Positions 47,017-55,909 of a DNA stretch of 56,817 bases are shown here, one piece after another. Location of the stretch: positions 1-56,817 of IMG/VR virus record IMGVR_UViG_3300046822_000346. One strand, given 5' to 3'. Below the pieces are notes generated by a model, which saw nothing but the letters and a program-made list of their open reading frames with translations, was not told where the DNA came from and did not search any database. Each line of letters opens with the position of its first letter. The stretch's first letter is position 1. This stretch comes from a virus. Its lineage: Duplodnaviria; Caudoviricetes. The translations under genes were made by a program, and so were the position numbers.

Positions 47017-47631
47017 TCACTCGTCGGCTTCCACCACTTCTACCAACGTGTTCGGATCGCGCGTGTGGATCGCGGCCTCAAACGCGCCGACTTCGTCGAG
47101 AATCTGCAACACTTGCGCCAACTGGTTATCGGGGAGCCTCTTGACCGGCGACTCAATCTGCGGCCGCTCTTCTTGCTGCCCAGGAATACGGAACTCGACC
47201 GCGTCCGACCAGTTGCCCGACAGACCGCCCTTGGTGAGCCAGATCTCGGGCTTCTCGTACCACACGCGCTGTTCCGCCGCCGAACGGGCTACCCCGATAG
47301 CTGCCATCACCGCGACATAGAAAAGCGCGTAGGTGGTCAGCGCCTCCTCATCCGGCAACACGTCGTATTCCTGCTTGCCCCAGTTGAGCCAGTTCCAGAG
47401 GCGATTGCCGACCAGCCCGCACGAGGCAGCAGCCGCCTGGGGTGAGGCGCCTTGGCAAATCTGTTGGCAGATCTCCAGGGTTAATTCCGGCGATAGCTTG
47501 GTACGTGCCCCAGCGCGTGAAACAAGTTCCCGCACGGCATCGGTCTCGACAGTATCGTCGATGTCCTCTGGCGCCGGCCGGTTACCGCGACGCTTCATGT
47601 TGATATCGAGCTTGGCCAATTTCTTCCTCAC
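47017..47631 (-). CDS. putative terminase small subunit
   Basis: HTH-like I..G.S...AA...G...LWNWL..G; upstream of terL. Confidence 0.7.
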   Translation of the reverse strand: MRKKLAKLDINMKRRGNRPAPEDIDDTVETDAVRELVSRAGARTKLSPELTLEICQQICQGASPQAAAASCGLVGNRLWNWLNWGKQEYDVLPDEEALTTYALFYVAVMAAIGVARSAAEQRVWYEKPEIWLTKGGLSGNWSDAVEFRIPGQQEERPQIESPVKRLPDNQLAQVLQILDEVGAFEAAIHTRDPNTLVEVVEADE

Positions 47632-47800
47632 TTGCCTGGCGGAGCGTGGTGATTAAGAACCACTGCTGCCCGGAGCCACGACCGCACAGCGCATAGGTGC
47701 CATGCGGCATACTATTAATCTGGCGAATGGCAGTGACCATATTGGTGTGCGTAGTCAACTCGACTACCACGATATCTCCCACATGAAATTCTTCGTTCAT
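47582..47800 (-). CDS. small hypothetical protein
   Basis: AGGGG RBS; FHVGDIVVV N-terminus. Confidence 0.5.
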   Translation of the reverse strand: MNEEFHVGDIVVVELTTHTNMVTAIRQINSMPHGTYALCGRGSGQQWFLITTLRQASEEEIGQARYQHEASR

Positions 47801-48084
47801 ATGCGCCCCTAAAAGAAAGGCGACGTACCCGCCTTGAGGTCTAGGCCCCGTGGAGCCCTTTCCCGTGCCGCAGTACGTCGCACCGGTGAGTTGGCCGATG
47901 TCTATGGCGCGTGCCGACGATGTTCATGCGCGCTTCATCGCTAGCCTGCCAAAGCCCCTGACCGTTTAACGCTACGAAGCCCTTCTGCAGCGACCAACTC
48001 ACAAAGGTGGGCCTGGGGGGACTCGTTATGCACAACACCCGCCCCATCAAGCTGCATGGTTAAGACAGCTCCAAGCCCACAGAC

Positions 48085-48432
48085 CTAGTCCTCGGTACCC
48101 GTCGCCCCCGTCGTGTCCTCGGAGGCCAATACCACCGAGGCGTTGACAACCGGCGGATCTGCAACCTGCACCGTACAGGAGACGAAGTCGTTGGCCCAGC
48201 CTGGCGTCTTCTCGTGCTTGAGATTGGCATGACCACCCATGTAGCCCGAGACCCAAGTCTCTGGTGTCACCGCACCCAGTGCGCCGGAGTTGACAGCCGC
48301 CAGCAGGCAAGCTTTTGCCGCTTCGAGCTGCTCCAACGCTTCCGGGAAATCCTGGCCCGCCGGCTTGAGCGTATCGAGTACGGCCTCAAGCTGTCCCACC
48401 TGGGTTGGTGGCACATTTACACTCCAACTCAT
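48085..48432 (-). CDS. hypothetical protein
   Basis: GAGGA RBS before MSWSVNV. Confidence 0.6.
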   Translation of the reverse strand: MSWSVNVPPTQVGQLEAVLDTLKPAGQDFPEALEQLEAAKACLLAAVNSGALGAVTPETWVSGYMGGHANLKHEKTPGWANDFVSCTVQVADPPVVNASVVLASEDTTGATGTED

Positions 48433-48472
48433 ACCTGTCCTCTCTCCTCCACTTGGAGGGGCGCCTGTACGG

Positions 48473-49033
48473 CTATACCCTGGCACCCTTTATCATGTTG
48501 CAGCCCAGATGTGTCAGCTGGACATTTGAACGATCATGAGTACCACCTTTTGACAGTGGTAAGATGTGATCCAGTGACGGCATCATTGGATCCGGCCAAG
48601 CAATGTTCGGATCTACGGGATCTCCGCATAGTTGGCAAACCCACTTGTTCGCCTCGAACACCTCGAGAATATTAACATATTCGCCCGCCTCAAGTTGGGC
48701 TCGGCGAATAGCGTTGCGCATTCGATACCGGCTGGGATCCGCTTTGTAACGGTCTCGGCCGTACTGACGATAGTACTCCCGGTTGGCTTCACGCCGAACA
48801 GCTTTTCTGGTCAGATCTTGAGTGCGAAAGTCCTCGTCGGCGTGATAACGCTTTCTCGCTGACGCGTTCTGCGTTTCCCGGACTTTCTCAGGATTCCTCT
48901 CGCGATAGCCCGCATTAATGGCCTTCACCTTTTCTCGGTTTTTAGCCTTCCAGCGTGCTACCGCGGCCCCTCTTGTTGCTGTCGTCATTTTAGTCTCCTG
49001 GAGGACGCTGGGCGAGTTGAACGCCCGCGCCAT
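48473..49033 (-). CDS. HNH endonuclease (alternative start at 48988)
   Basis: CQLC, LDHILPLSKGG.H..SN...H..CN..K. Confidence 0.9.
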   Translation of the reverse strand: MARAFNSPSVLQETKMTTATRGAAVARWKAKNREKVKAINAGYRERNPEKVRETQNASARKRYHADEDFRTQDLTRKAVRREANREYYRQYGRDRYKADPSRYRMRNAIRRAQLEAGEYVNILEVFEANKWVCQLCGDPVDPNIAWPDPMMPSLDHILPLSKGGTHDRSNVQLTHLGCNMIKGARV

Positions 49034-49084
49034 GCACGCTCCCCTTCCAAAACGTGCATAACTGCCGCCTTCTCAGCAGCGCCC

Positions 49085-49177
49085 AGAGTACGAAACACCT
49101 TCAAGATGCTACAGGTCGTTCCCACGCGTTGCCAGACCCAGCCACTTGTGTTTGGAGGTGTGGGTGCTTCGTACTCT
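49085..49177 (-). ncRNA. candidate structured small RNA / leader with an anti-SD loop
   Basis: Promoter TTGAAA(49204-9)-N17-TATAAT(49181-6); 15-bp closing stem; internal loop ACCUCCAAAC. Confidence 0.5.
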
Positions 49178-49192
49178 TGAATTATACCCCAC

Positions 49193-49690
49193 TTACGCTG
49201 GCATTTCAACGGGATCTTCCGGGCTCTTTGGGGCAGGTAATCGATCCGGTGTGTAGTAACGCAAGCGATGCGGGTCTTCTTTGACCACGACAATGCGGCC
49301 CTGAGCTTCGAGCCACGCTAAAATCTGGCGCCCTTCGGCTGCGGCCACCACGTGTGCCAGCTGCGTGCCCGTGAGGCCGGGAAAGCTCCGTATATAAGCA
49401 TACAATCGCGCAGCGTTGCGATTGAGGCCTTCCGGATACGTGACCTCCGGCAAGTTGAGCTCACTGATGGCCCAGACCTCACTGGGTGAGCCGGTGATGT
49501 ACCACTTGGAGCGTTGCACCTTGCCTTCGAGGGCCAGTTCCTGCAAGAGATACCGCACGGCGCGGCGCGATTCTTTGGGCAAGATCAAGAACACCGGCAA
49601 GACGCGGTGTTCGGCTAGTTCAGCGAGAATACCCTGTTTGAGCTTCTCGCGGTTGTCTCCGGGAGCTTCGGGAATCAAAATACGAGGCAT
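49193..49690 (-). CDS. putative winged-helix protein
   Basis: Two wHTH-like segments (YLLQELALEGKV; ILAWLEAQGRI); own promoter. Confidence 0.55.
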   Translation of the reverse strand: MPRILIPEAPGDNREKLKQGILAELAEHRVLPVFLILPKESRRAVRYLLQELALEGKVQRSKWYITGSPSEVWAISELNLPEVTYPEGLNRNAARLYAYIRSFPGLTGTQLAHVVAAAEGRQILAWLEAQGRIVVVKEDPHRLRYYTPDRLPAPKSPEDPVEMPA

Positions 49691-49716
49691 GGAACAGTTC
49701 CCCCCTTTCTGCTCTT

Positions 49717-49769
49717 ATTATACCATCACCCGCGTGCCCCGTGCACCGATCGATCTGCCGGACTATACT
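49717..49769. promoter_or_regulatory. back-to-back promoters sharing a palindromic GTGCAC -35
   Basis: GTGCAC at 49741-6; + strand N17-TATACT, - strand N18-TATAAT. Confidence 0.55.
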
Positions 49770-49813
49770 TATAGCAGATGTAATACTTGCATCTGCTGAA
49801 AGGAGACCGAACC

Positions 49814-50080
49814 ATGTCACCGAGCACTCCGGCACCAAACAGTCGGCCACTTGAGCCGCGCGTCCAAGTCACGCTCCAGATGCCGCAAACCTTGTACCAG
49901 GCCGTCGAACGGCTCACACGCCAAGGCGAGCGCCACGCTTTCCTGTTGAACATTATCCAACAGGATCCAGCAGTCGCCAAAACCGTCCTCGCGCTCCAAG
50001 CAGAGGCGGCAGAACGGGCCCGCTTTGAGGAGCTGGGCCGCAAGGCTGCGGAGCAAGGACTCCTGACCCCTGGCACGTAA
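49814..50080 (+). CDS. ribbon-helix-helix-like protein
   Basis: AAGGAG RBS; RVQVTLQMPQTLYQAVE...R..F. Confidence 0.65.
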   Translation: MSPSTPAPNSRPLEPRVQVTLQMPQTLYQAVERLTRQGERHAFLLNIIQQDPAVAKTVLALQAEAAERARFEELGRKAAEQGLLTPGT

Positions 50081-50169
50081 ATGGCCATTTGGCGCCATCA
50101 GGGCATATGACGTACATTCCCTGTGCTTGCTGTGACCAGCGGCACAGGGAGTTTTTTGCGCGAAATCCG

Positions 50170-50520
50170 AGCCACGATTCCCGATCGCTGATCGATCATG
50201 AGCGATATTTCCCTATCGGGAATCGCGGCGAATGCACACTAGCTATACGCTGCCATGCCCTCATGACCGATATGACCGTTCCATGAGGGGGTAATTATAT
50301 ATAATGAGAGAAAGTGTTGGATTTGTATATATGGATCACAGTTTTATCGATCATATCGATCATCTCTTATTGTCAACCCACATAAATTGTGCAGGGGCCA
50401 CATTACCGATCGCATTTGGCTCGCTCATTATCGCTCATCGATCGGGAATCATGTTCACTTCTCTCTGTGGCACGAATAGTATCCAGATAATCCAAAAAGC
50501 CCGGTTGCAGTTTTGATCGT
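50170..50520. other. putative replication origin
   Basis: Noncoding AT-rich core flanked by inverted repeats; nine GATC sites; upstream of the primase. Confidence 0.5.
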
Positions 50521-50661
50521 GCCGATATATACTAAGAGAGTACGCACGCACTGCAGGTCAATCAGCGTATACTAACTCCCATATCCTCACTGCAGTACGT
50601 GCTGTACCTTCCTCGCGCGTTACACCAGGCGTTCACACCACAGGAAAGGAACGGACATACC

Positions 50662-50865
50662 ATGTCCATCAGCAACCCGGTCGGCCGGCCTCGTAAGCCG
50701 TGGGACCAGAAGCGCACCAGTATCAGCATCACGTTGCCGATTCGTGTCCTACGCGCTATTGACGCGTTGGCCGACAATCGCTCCGGGTTCGTGTCAGAGC
50801 TGGTGATCAACGACCCGCGTATCCAGGTCGCTGTGAACCAGTTGGATCAGCCCGCCGAGGAGTAG
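50662..50865 (+). CDS. ribbon-helix-helix protein
   Basis: GRPRK..KRTSISITLP...IDALA.NRSGFVSELV. Confidence 0.75.
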   Translation: MSISNPVGRPRKPWDQKRTSISITLPIRVLRAIDALADNRSGFVSELVINDPRIQVAVNQLDQPAEE

Positions 50866-50869
50866 GACG

Positions 50870-52990
50870 ATGCACGAGGCCAACAACCCCTTTCTGGCCG
50901 CTGCATTGGAATACGCCACATGTTTCGGGTGGCATGTGTTCCCGGTACAACCGGGCCGCAAAGAACCCGCGACAGCTAACGGATTTCTCAATGCGACCAC
51001 CGATCCAGACCAGATCCGTGCCTGGTGGCGTTCCAACCCCAATGCCAACGTGGGAGTAGTGCCAGGCCCCAGTAATCTGGTAATCCTGGATCTTGATAAG
51101 CCGGTTGCCAAACGCCTGATCGAGGAATACGACATTCCGGACCAGTTCGCGTGGGCAGCTACTGGCAAAGGCGACCACCTGTACCTGGGACGTGGCCAGT
51201 ATGAGGTCAAGTCCCACAACTGGGCCGACATCTTCGGCCTCGACATACGCGCGGAGACCGGGTACGTGGTAGCGCCTCCCAGCTTGCATCCAGAGGGCGG
51301 CACCTATAGTTGGGTACACGAGCCAAGTAATGTACTCGACACGATCCCGCAGCGGCTGCGGGATCTGTTGACCACGCTGGAGAAGATCCAAACCTGGTAC
51401 CGGCGCTACCTCAACGAAGGCAAGGTCGGCAACCGCAACGATATTGGCTCCTATGTAGTACAGCAATTGCTGGACAATCGGGTACCCGAGAACGTGGCCT
51501 TAATCTTGGCGCTACACTACCAGCAGACCGTGCGGTACCAAGAGGGCAAGGGCGAGTATACCGAAGACGAGATACTAGCCACGTTCCGCAGTACCAAACT
51601 GAAGCCGCGCCGCGTAGCCGCGTTTACCTCTGAAGACGTGGGCGGATTTACGCCCACCGATATGGGCAATGCGCGGCGCTTCATAGCACGCTACGGCCAG
51701 CAAGTACGGTACAACGCGGTGTGGGCCAAGTGGATGTACTGGACCGGCTACAACTGGGTGATTGACGAGCATCAGCGTGCCCGCCACATGATGCAGCAGA
51801 TACCCAAAGATATTAAAGCCGAGATGGAGAAAGCCCAGACCGATGAGATCCGCGACATGCTCCGTAAGTGGCTGATGCGCAGCGAGATGCATGCCACCCA
51901 AGAGAGCTCGTTGTTGGAGGCCGCTAAGTTTCCGGCAGTGGTGGCACACCCCGACGACTTCGATCGTGACCCGTGGCTGCTCAATACCTTGTCGGGAGTG
52001 GTGGATCTGCATACTGGCCAAACGCGTGCGGCCAACCCGGCAGACATGTTGCATCGCGTGACCAACACGGTGTACGATCCAACCGCGACGTGTCCAACAT
52101 TCGAGCGATTCCTGGAAACCATATTCAAAGGCAATCAGCGGGTGATTGCCTTTCTGCAGCGGTTTCTGGGATACTGTCTCACCGGACTCACCACCGAGCA
52201 GGCCTGGGTGCTCTTTATCGGGCCCGGGTCGAATGGCAAGAGCACGCTGTCGGAGGCCACCGCATACAGCTTGGGCGATTATGCGTTGACGGCACCGAGC
52301 TCGCTGTTCTTGGAACGCCAAGGTGAGACCATCCCCAACGATATCGCCAAGCTCCCTGGTCGGCGTTTGGTCTATGCCAAAGAGCCGGACAAGAACAAAC
52401 GGCTTGCCACCGGACGTATTAAAGAACTGACCGGCGGCGATACCATTTCGGCGCGTTTCATGCGCGGTGAGTTCTTCGAGTTCAAGCCGGTGGCGAAGCT
52501 GATTTTGTCGGCAAACCACTTTCCCCCGGTACGCGACCAAAGTCACGGATTCTGGCGGCGTATCTTTGTCCTGCTATTCGAGGTCCAGATTGATGAGCAG
52601 GACAAAGAGCTCCCCGAGAAACTGCGTGCCGAGGCTGCGGGCATCTTGAACTGGCTGATCGCCGGGTGCCTCGAATGGCAGCAACAAGGCCTCAACCCGC
52701 CCCAGGAGGTCTTGGGCGCCACCAAGAACTACCGCACCGAGTCGGACCTACTGGGCGAGTGGATCAACGAGTGCTGCGAGTTGGACAAAGGGGTCGAGAC
52801 CGCTTTCACGCCGCTCTACGAATCGTGGAAAGCGTTCCTCGAGGAGTACGGCGAGATCGAGGATCGCTCACGGCGTGCGTTTGCCAATCGTTTGGTCGAG
52901 CGCGGCCTGCAGCGGCGCAAGACCATGAACGGGCCCATGTACAAGGGGATTCGTATCCAGCCCAACTTCAAGCTTACTGGTCACAACTAA
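50870..52990 (+). CDS. bifunctional primase-polymerase fused to a D5/P4-type SF3 helicase
   Basis: VFPV..GRK.P, NVG, LDLD, HLY, YVVAPPS.H; GPGSNGKS, ELTGGD, RR. Confidence 0.95.
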   Translation: MHEANNPFLAAALEYATCFGWHVFPVQPGRKEPATANGFLNATTDPDQIRAWWRSNPNANVGVVPGPSNLVILDLDKPVAKRLIEEYDIPDQFAWAATGKGDHLYLGRGQYEVKSHNWADIFGLDIRAETGYVVAPPSLHPEGGTYSWVHEPSNVLDTIPQRLRDLLTTLEKIQTWYRRYLNEGKVGNRNDIGSYVVQQLLDNRVPENVALILALHYQQTVRYQEGKGEYTEDEILATFRSTKLKPRRVAAFTSEDVGGFTPTDMGNARRFIARYGQQVRYNAVWAKWMYWTGYNWVIDEHQRARHMMQQIPKDIKAEMEKAQTDEIRDMLRKWLMRSEMHATQESSLLEAAKFPAVVAHPDDFDRDPWLLNTLSGVVDLHTGQTRAANPADMLHRVTNTVYDPTATCPTFERFLETIFKGNQRVIAFLQRFLGYCLTGLTTEQAWVLFIGPGSNGKSTLSEATAYSLGDYALTAPSSLFLERQGETIPNDIAKLPGRRLVYAKEPDKNKRLATGRIKELTGGDTISARFMRGEFFEFKPVAKLILSANHFPPVRDQSHGFWRRIFVLLFEVQIDEQDKELPEKLRAEAAGILNWLIAGCLEWQQQGLNPPQEVLGATKNYRTESDLLGEWINECCELDKGVETAFTPLYESWKAFLEEYGEIEDRSRRAFANRLVERGLQRRKTMNGPMYKGIRIQPNFKLTGHN

Positions 52991-52995
52991 GCGTC

Positions 52996-53025
52996 GAGCC
53001 TGTCCTCCTCTGGACAGGCTCTTTT
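52996..53025 (+). terminator. intrinsic terminator
   Basis: GAGCCTGTCC-tcctct-GGACAGGCTC-TTTT. Confidence 0.8.
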
Positions 53026-53177
53026 ACTGCTACCGGGAATCCCCCATTCGGGTCAATTTTCAGCCCGGCGGGTAAAAGCTACGTGCCTTCTCAGCGGGTC
53101 GGGAGTATACTCAATCATGTAGGTACTGATGTAGTACCAAGAGAGGTGCGACCCGAGTAAACAAAGGAGACCGTATC

Positions 53178-54104
53178 ATGGCCCACCGGTTCATCGAGCG
53201 CTTCGAGGTTTTCATGTCGAACAACATCTTGTTCGTCTACCTCGTGTCGCTGTTTCTGGGCACCGCGGCATTCTTCACTGGCCAGGCGCTTGGCCTCAAC
53301 GCGAACGTGATCTATGTGGTCGGCATTGCTACAGCGCTGGCTGTTGAGGTGCACAGCTTCCTCTCGCAGCGCTTGGCGCGCGGCCTGAAGGAGGAGCGTG
53401 ATAGCCACCCTTTCAAGGGCCCGCTGTGGGTGGCGGCGGATCGCAAGTTCCAGTTCCACCTCCGGATTACGGTCGGGCTGGTGCTGTTCTCGATGTTCAA
53501 CAGTGTAGCGTTCTGGATCTCGATCGATCGACCAGTAACAGCCGGCGACTGGATCGCTTCCGTTTCGCGGGGCATGGCACTCCCAGCCTTCTTCTTGTTG
53601 GCAGGGTTCTTGACGCCACTACGCACCAATACGGCCGAAGTGGTGCAAGCGGCCCATGCCGACATGATTCGCACAACCATGAAGGTGACGCTGCGCCAGT
53701 TCGAGAAACGGCTCAAGGCGGTGCAGAAGGCTGGCGCGAACTTGGTGCCAGTGGTAGCGACCCTCTTGGACAATCACGGCGACACGCAATCGGCGACACA
53801 GATTCGCTTGGTAGACGCGGCGCTAACGCTCGCCGAGGGGCGTGGCTCGCCGATGAACTTCCCGATGGCGATTTCCGCCGGGCTACCGCAAGTGGTTTCG
53901 GAGCCAGAAGCGCCCAGCGCGTCTACTTCCAGCGGGTTTGGAGTCCGCGCGGCGAACAGTGGTATGCTCAGGCAGGCCGCACGGGAGTGCTGGCACCTTG
54001 GCATGACGCCCGCTGAGGTCGCCGCTCAGGTCGGATGCTCCACGGCCTACGCCAGCAAGTTGGTCAAAGAGTTCGAAGCCGAGCTCACCTCGGTGTATGC
54101 CTAG
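53178..54104 (+). CDS. multi-TM membrane protein with C-terminal HTH
   Basis: Four hydrophobic segments; GMTPAEVAAQVGCSTAYASK; own GTGCCT-N17-TATACT promoter. Confidence 0.7.
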   Translation: MAHRFIERFEVFMSNNILFVYLVSLFLGTAAFFTGQALGLNANVIYVVGIATALAVEVHSFLSQRLARGLKEERDSHPFKGPLWVAADRKFQFHLRITVGLVLFSMFNSVAFWISIDRPVTAGDWIASVSRGMALPAFFLLAGFLTPLRTNTAEVVQAAHADMIRTTMKVTLRQFEKRLKAVQKAGANLVPVVATLLDNHGDTQSATQIRLVDAALTLAEGRGSPMNFPMAISAGLPQVVSEPEAPSASTSSGFGVRAANSGMLRQAARECWHLGMTPAEVAAQVGCSTAYASKLVKEFEAELTSVYA

Positions 54105-54116
54105 TGCCACGCTATC

Positions 54117-54152
54117 GAAGAGCCTGCTATCTCATGATGGCAGGCTTTTCTT
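54117..54152 (+). terminator. intrinsic terminator
   Basis: GCCTGCTATC-tcat-GATGGCAGGC-TTTTCTT. Confidence 0.75.
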
Positions 54153-54164
54153 GTGGAGAGTAAT

Positions 54165-54599
54165 ATGGAACTTTTAGCCATCGACCCTGGGCCGCATTGC
54201 GGCTATGTCTGGTGTAACCTGTACAACAACCAACTAGAGATCCTGCTCGCCGGCACCTACGTTCCGCAGAATCTCGAGATGGTGTGGACGTTCTTCAAAC
54301 GCTACATTGAAAGCGCCGATGTCGTGATTGTTGAAGACTACCGCACCGTGCGCCAGCTGAGCAAGGACGGACTGTTTACCATTGAAGCGCTGGGGGTGCT
54401 GATTGCCGAGAGCCAGCTGCTCTGTACCCATCGGGTCGACGAGCCAGTCGTGCTCCAACTACCCTCGGCCAAAAAGCCCTTCGCCAAGCAGGCTGCAAGC
54501 CGCATGCCGCGGCAAGGCCCGCATGCGCAAGATGCTTTGGCGCACGTGTTAGCCTATCTTCATCTGCGCAAATTAGTGCCGGTCAATTGGACTCCCTAG
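54165..54599 (+). CDS. RuvC-like Holliday junction resolvase
   Basis: LAIDPG..CG, VVIVED, HAQDA. Confidence 0.8.
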   Translation: MELLAIDPGPHCGYVWCNLYNNQLEILLAGTYVPQNLEMVWTFFKRYIESADVVIVEDYRTVRQLSKDGLFTIEALGVLIAESQLLCTHRVDEPVVLQLPSAKKPFAKQAASRMPRQGPHAQDALAHVLAYLHLRKLVPVNWTP

Positions 54600-54668
54600 G
54601 CGGGCATTTCCCTGAGTCCGCGGGTATACTTAAGACAGCCCGCGCTTGCGGGTGTAAGGAGGTGTCCC

Positions 54669-55130
54669 GTGAAACTAAGCGACATGTCACCGCAAGAACG
54701 TTTGCACCGTTGCCTAGAGATCGCCGAAGAACGGCACTTGTACATCTTGGCAAAAGACCCCGTGTCGATGTTCATCTCGGATGGACACGGCAGCACCCAC
54801 GAGGTGCGCTATCGCGGCGAACACATTGTTTCCTGCCACAATGCTGCCGGCGCGGTCTGCACCAGTTTTGCGTACAACGGCATGTGCTCGCACGCGGCCC
54901 TGGCGTTGCTTAACCTACGGTACGAGGCCGATCTGGAATACGCGATCGCTCTTGGCACGCGCGACGTATTCGAGACCGATCTGGCCGCGGACGAACGGTG
55001 GCGATCGTACGTCGAGCAACTCGCGCTGTTGCCACAGATCGCGTTTGAAGCCACGGAAGAGCGTTTGGCGCAGCCTCTGTTGCATCGTGCCAGCGCCAGA
55101 CCTTTCTCACTCTGGAGGGCCGACGAATGA
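54669..55130 (+). CDS. SWIM Zn-finger protein
   Basis: AAGGAGGT RBS; C...CTSF....CSH. Confidence 0.7.
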   Translation: MKLSDMSPQERLHRCLEIAEERHLYILAKDPVSMFISDGHGSTHEVRYRGEHIVSCHNAAGAVCTSFAYNGMCSHAALALLNLRYEADLEYAIALGTRDVFETDLAADERWRSYVEQLALLPQIAFEATEERLAQPLLHRASARPFSLWRADE

Positions 55131-55480
55131 CGTATACCGAGGACGAGATCAAACGTATGCGAGCGACACTGACCTCTGAGGGTTTCTTCACCGAGGTCCC
55201 AGAAGTGATCCACGTCGAGGACGAGCCGCCGCACGAGATCGCCCACTATCCAGACAACCCGCTCAAGACCGCGTTCCAGATACCGGTACCGGCATCGCTC
55301 GTACCCAGGAAGGGCCTGTTCCCCGGAGTGCGCTTGGCCCTCTACACGGTCCAGACCATTCAGTGGCAGGCGTGGCACACTATCAAGGTGGAGTTTCAGC
55401 CCAAGAACAATCGCGTAGTGCTCCACGGGTACAAGGAGATTGTGGCCATTCGTTTCCCGGTACTGGAGCCAGAGGTCTAA
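55127..55480 (+). CDS. hypothetical protein
   Basis: GGAGG RBS; ATGA overlap. Confidence 0.65.
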   Translation: MTYTEDEIKRMRATLTSEGFFTEVPEVIHVEDEPPHEIAHYPDNPLKTAFQIPVPASLVPRKGLFPGVRLALYTVQTIQWQAWHTIKVEFQPKNNRVVLHGYKEIVAIRFPVLEPEV

Positions 55481-55481
55481 C

Positions 55482-55796
55482 ATGAGTTTAGACGACGCTG
55501 CCCACCAATCACCCCAACAGCGGGCTCGTGCCCAGCGCCGAGCACGCGAAACAAAACACCGCGCGGAGTACCGGGAAGCGCTAGGTCAGGAAATGGCAGA
55601 GTTCAACTGGGCCATCCAAGCCGGAACCACCGTGACATACCAGGATCGTTTTGGCGACCATCTGGTGGAGAAAGTCGACGCCTTTTTCACGCTACATTGT
55701 GTCGACGGATACCGTGCCCGTATCGCCGACGGACCAGTTTGGACTGATCTCTTGGTACAAGCCGGCATAGCGCGGCATACCCGGTTACTGGAATGA
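55482..55796 (+). CDS. hypothetical protein
   Basis: GAGGT RBS. Confidence 0.6.
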   Translation: MSLDDAAHQSPQQRARAQRRARETKHRAEYREALGQEMAEFNWAIQAGTTVTYQDRFGDHLVEKVDAFFTLHCVDGYRARIADGPVWTDLLVQAGIARHTRLLE

Positions 55797-55909
55797 GTGC
55801 CGGTCAACTGCATGGTGTCTCCCCGGGCATCCTGGGGGATGCACGTGAGGACCCGCCCCTTGCTCTCCTATACTAGGAATACCTAGAGTACGCCCAGAGG
55901 AGGGCAAGT

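Noticed and set aside
48985-49293. 102-aa minus-strand ORF
   Set aside because: It overlaps both neighbours, spans a promoter and a long RNA stem, and has no clear RBS.
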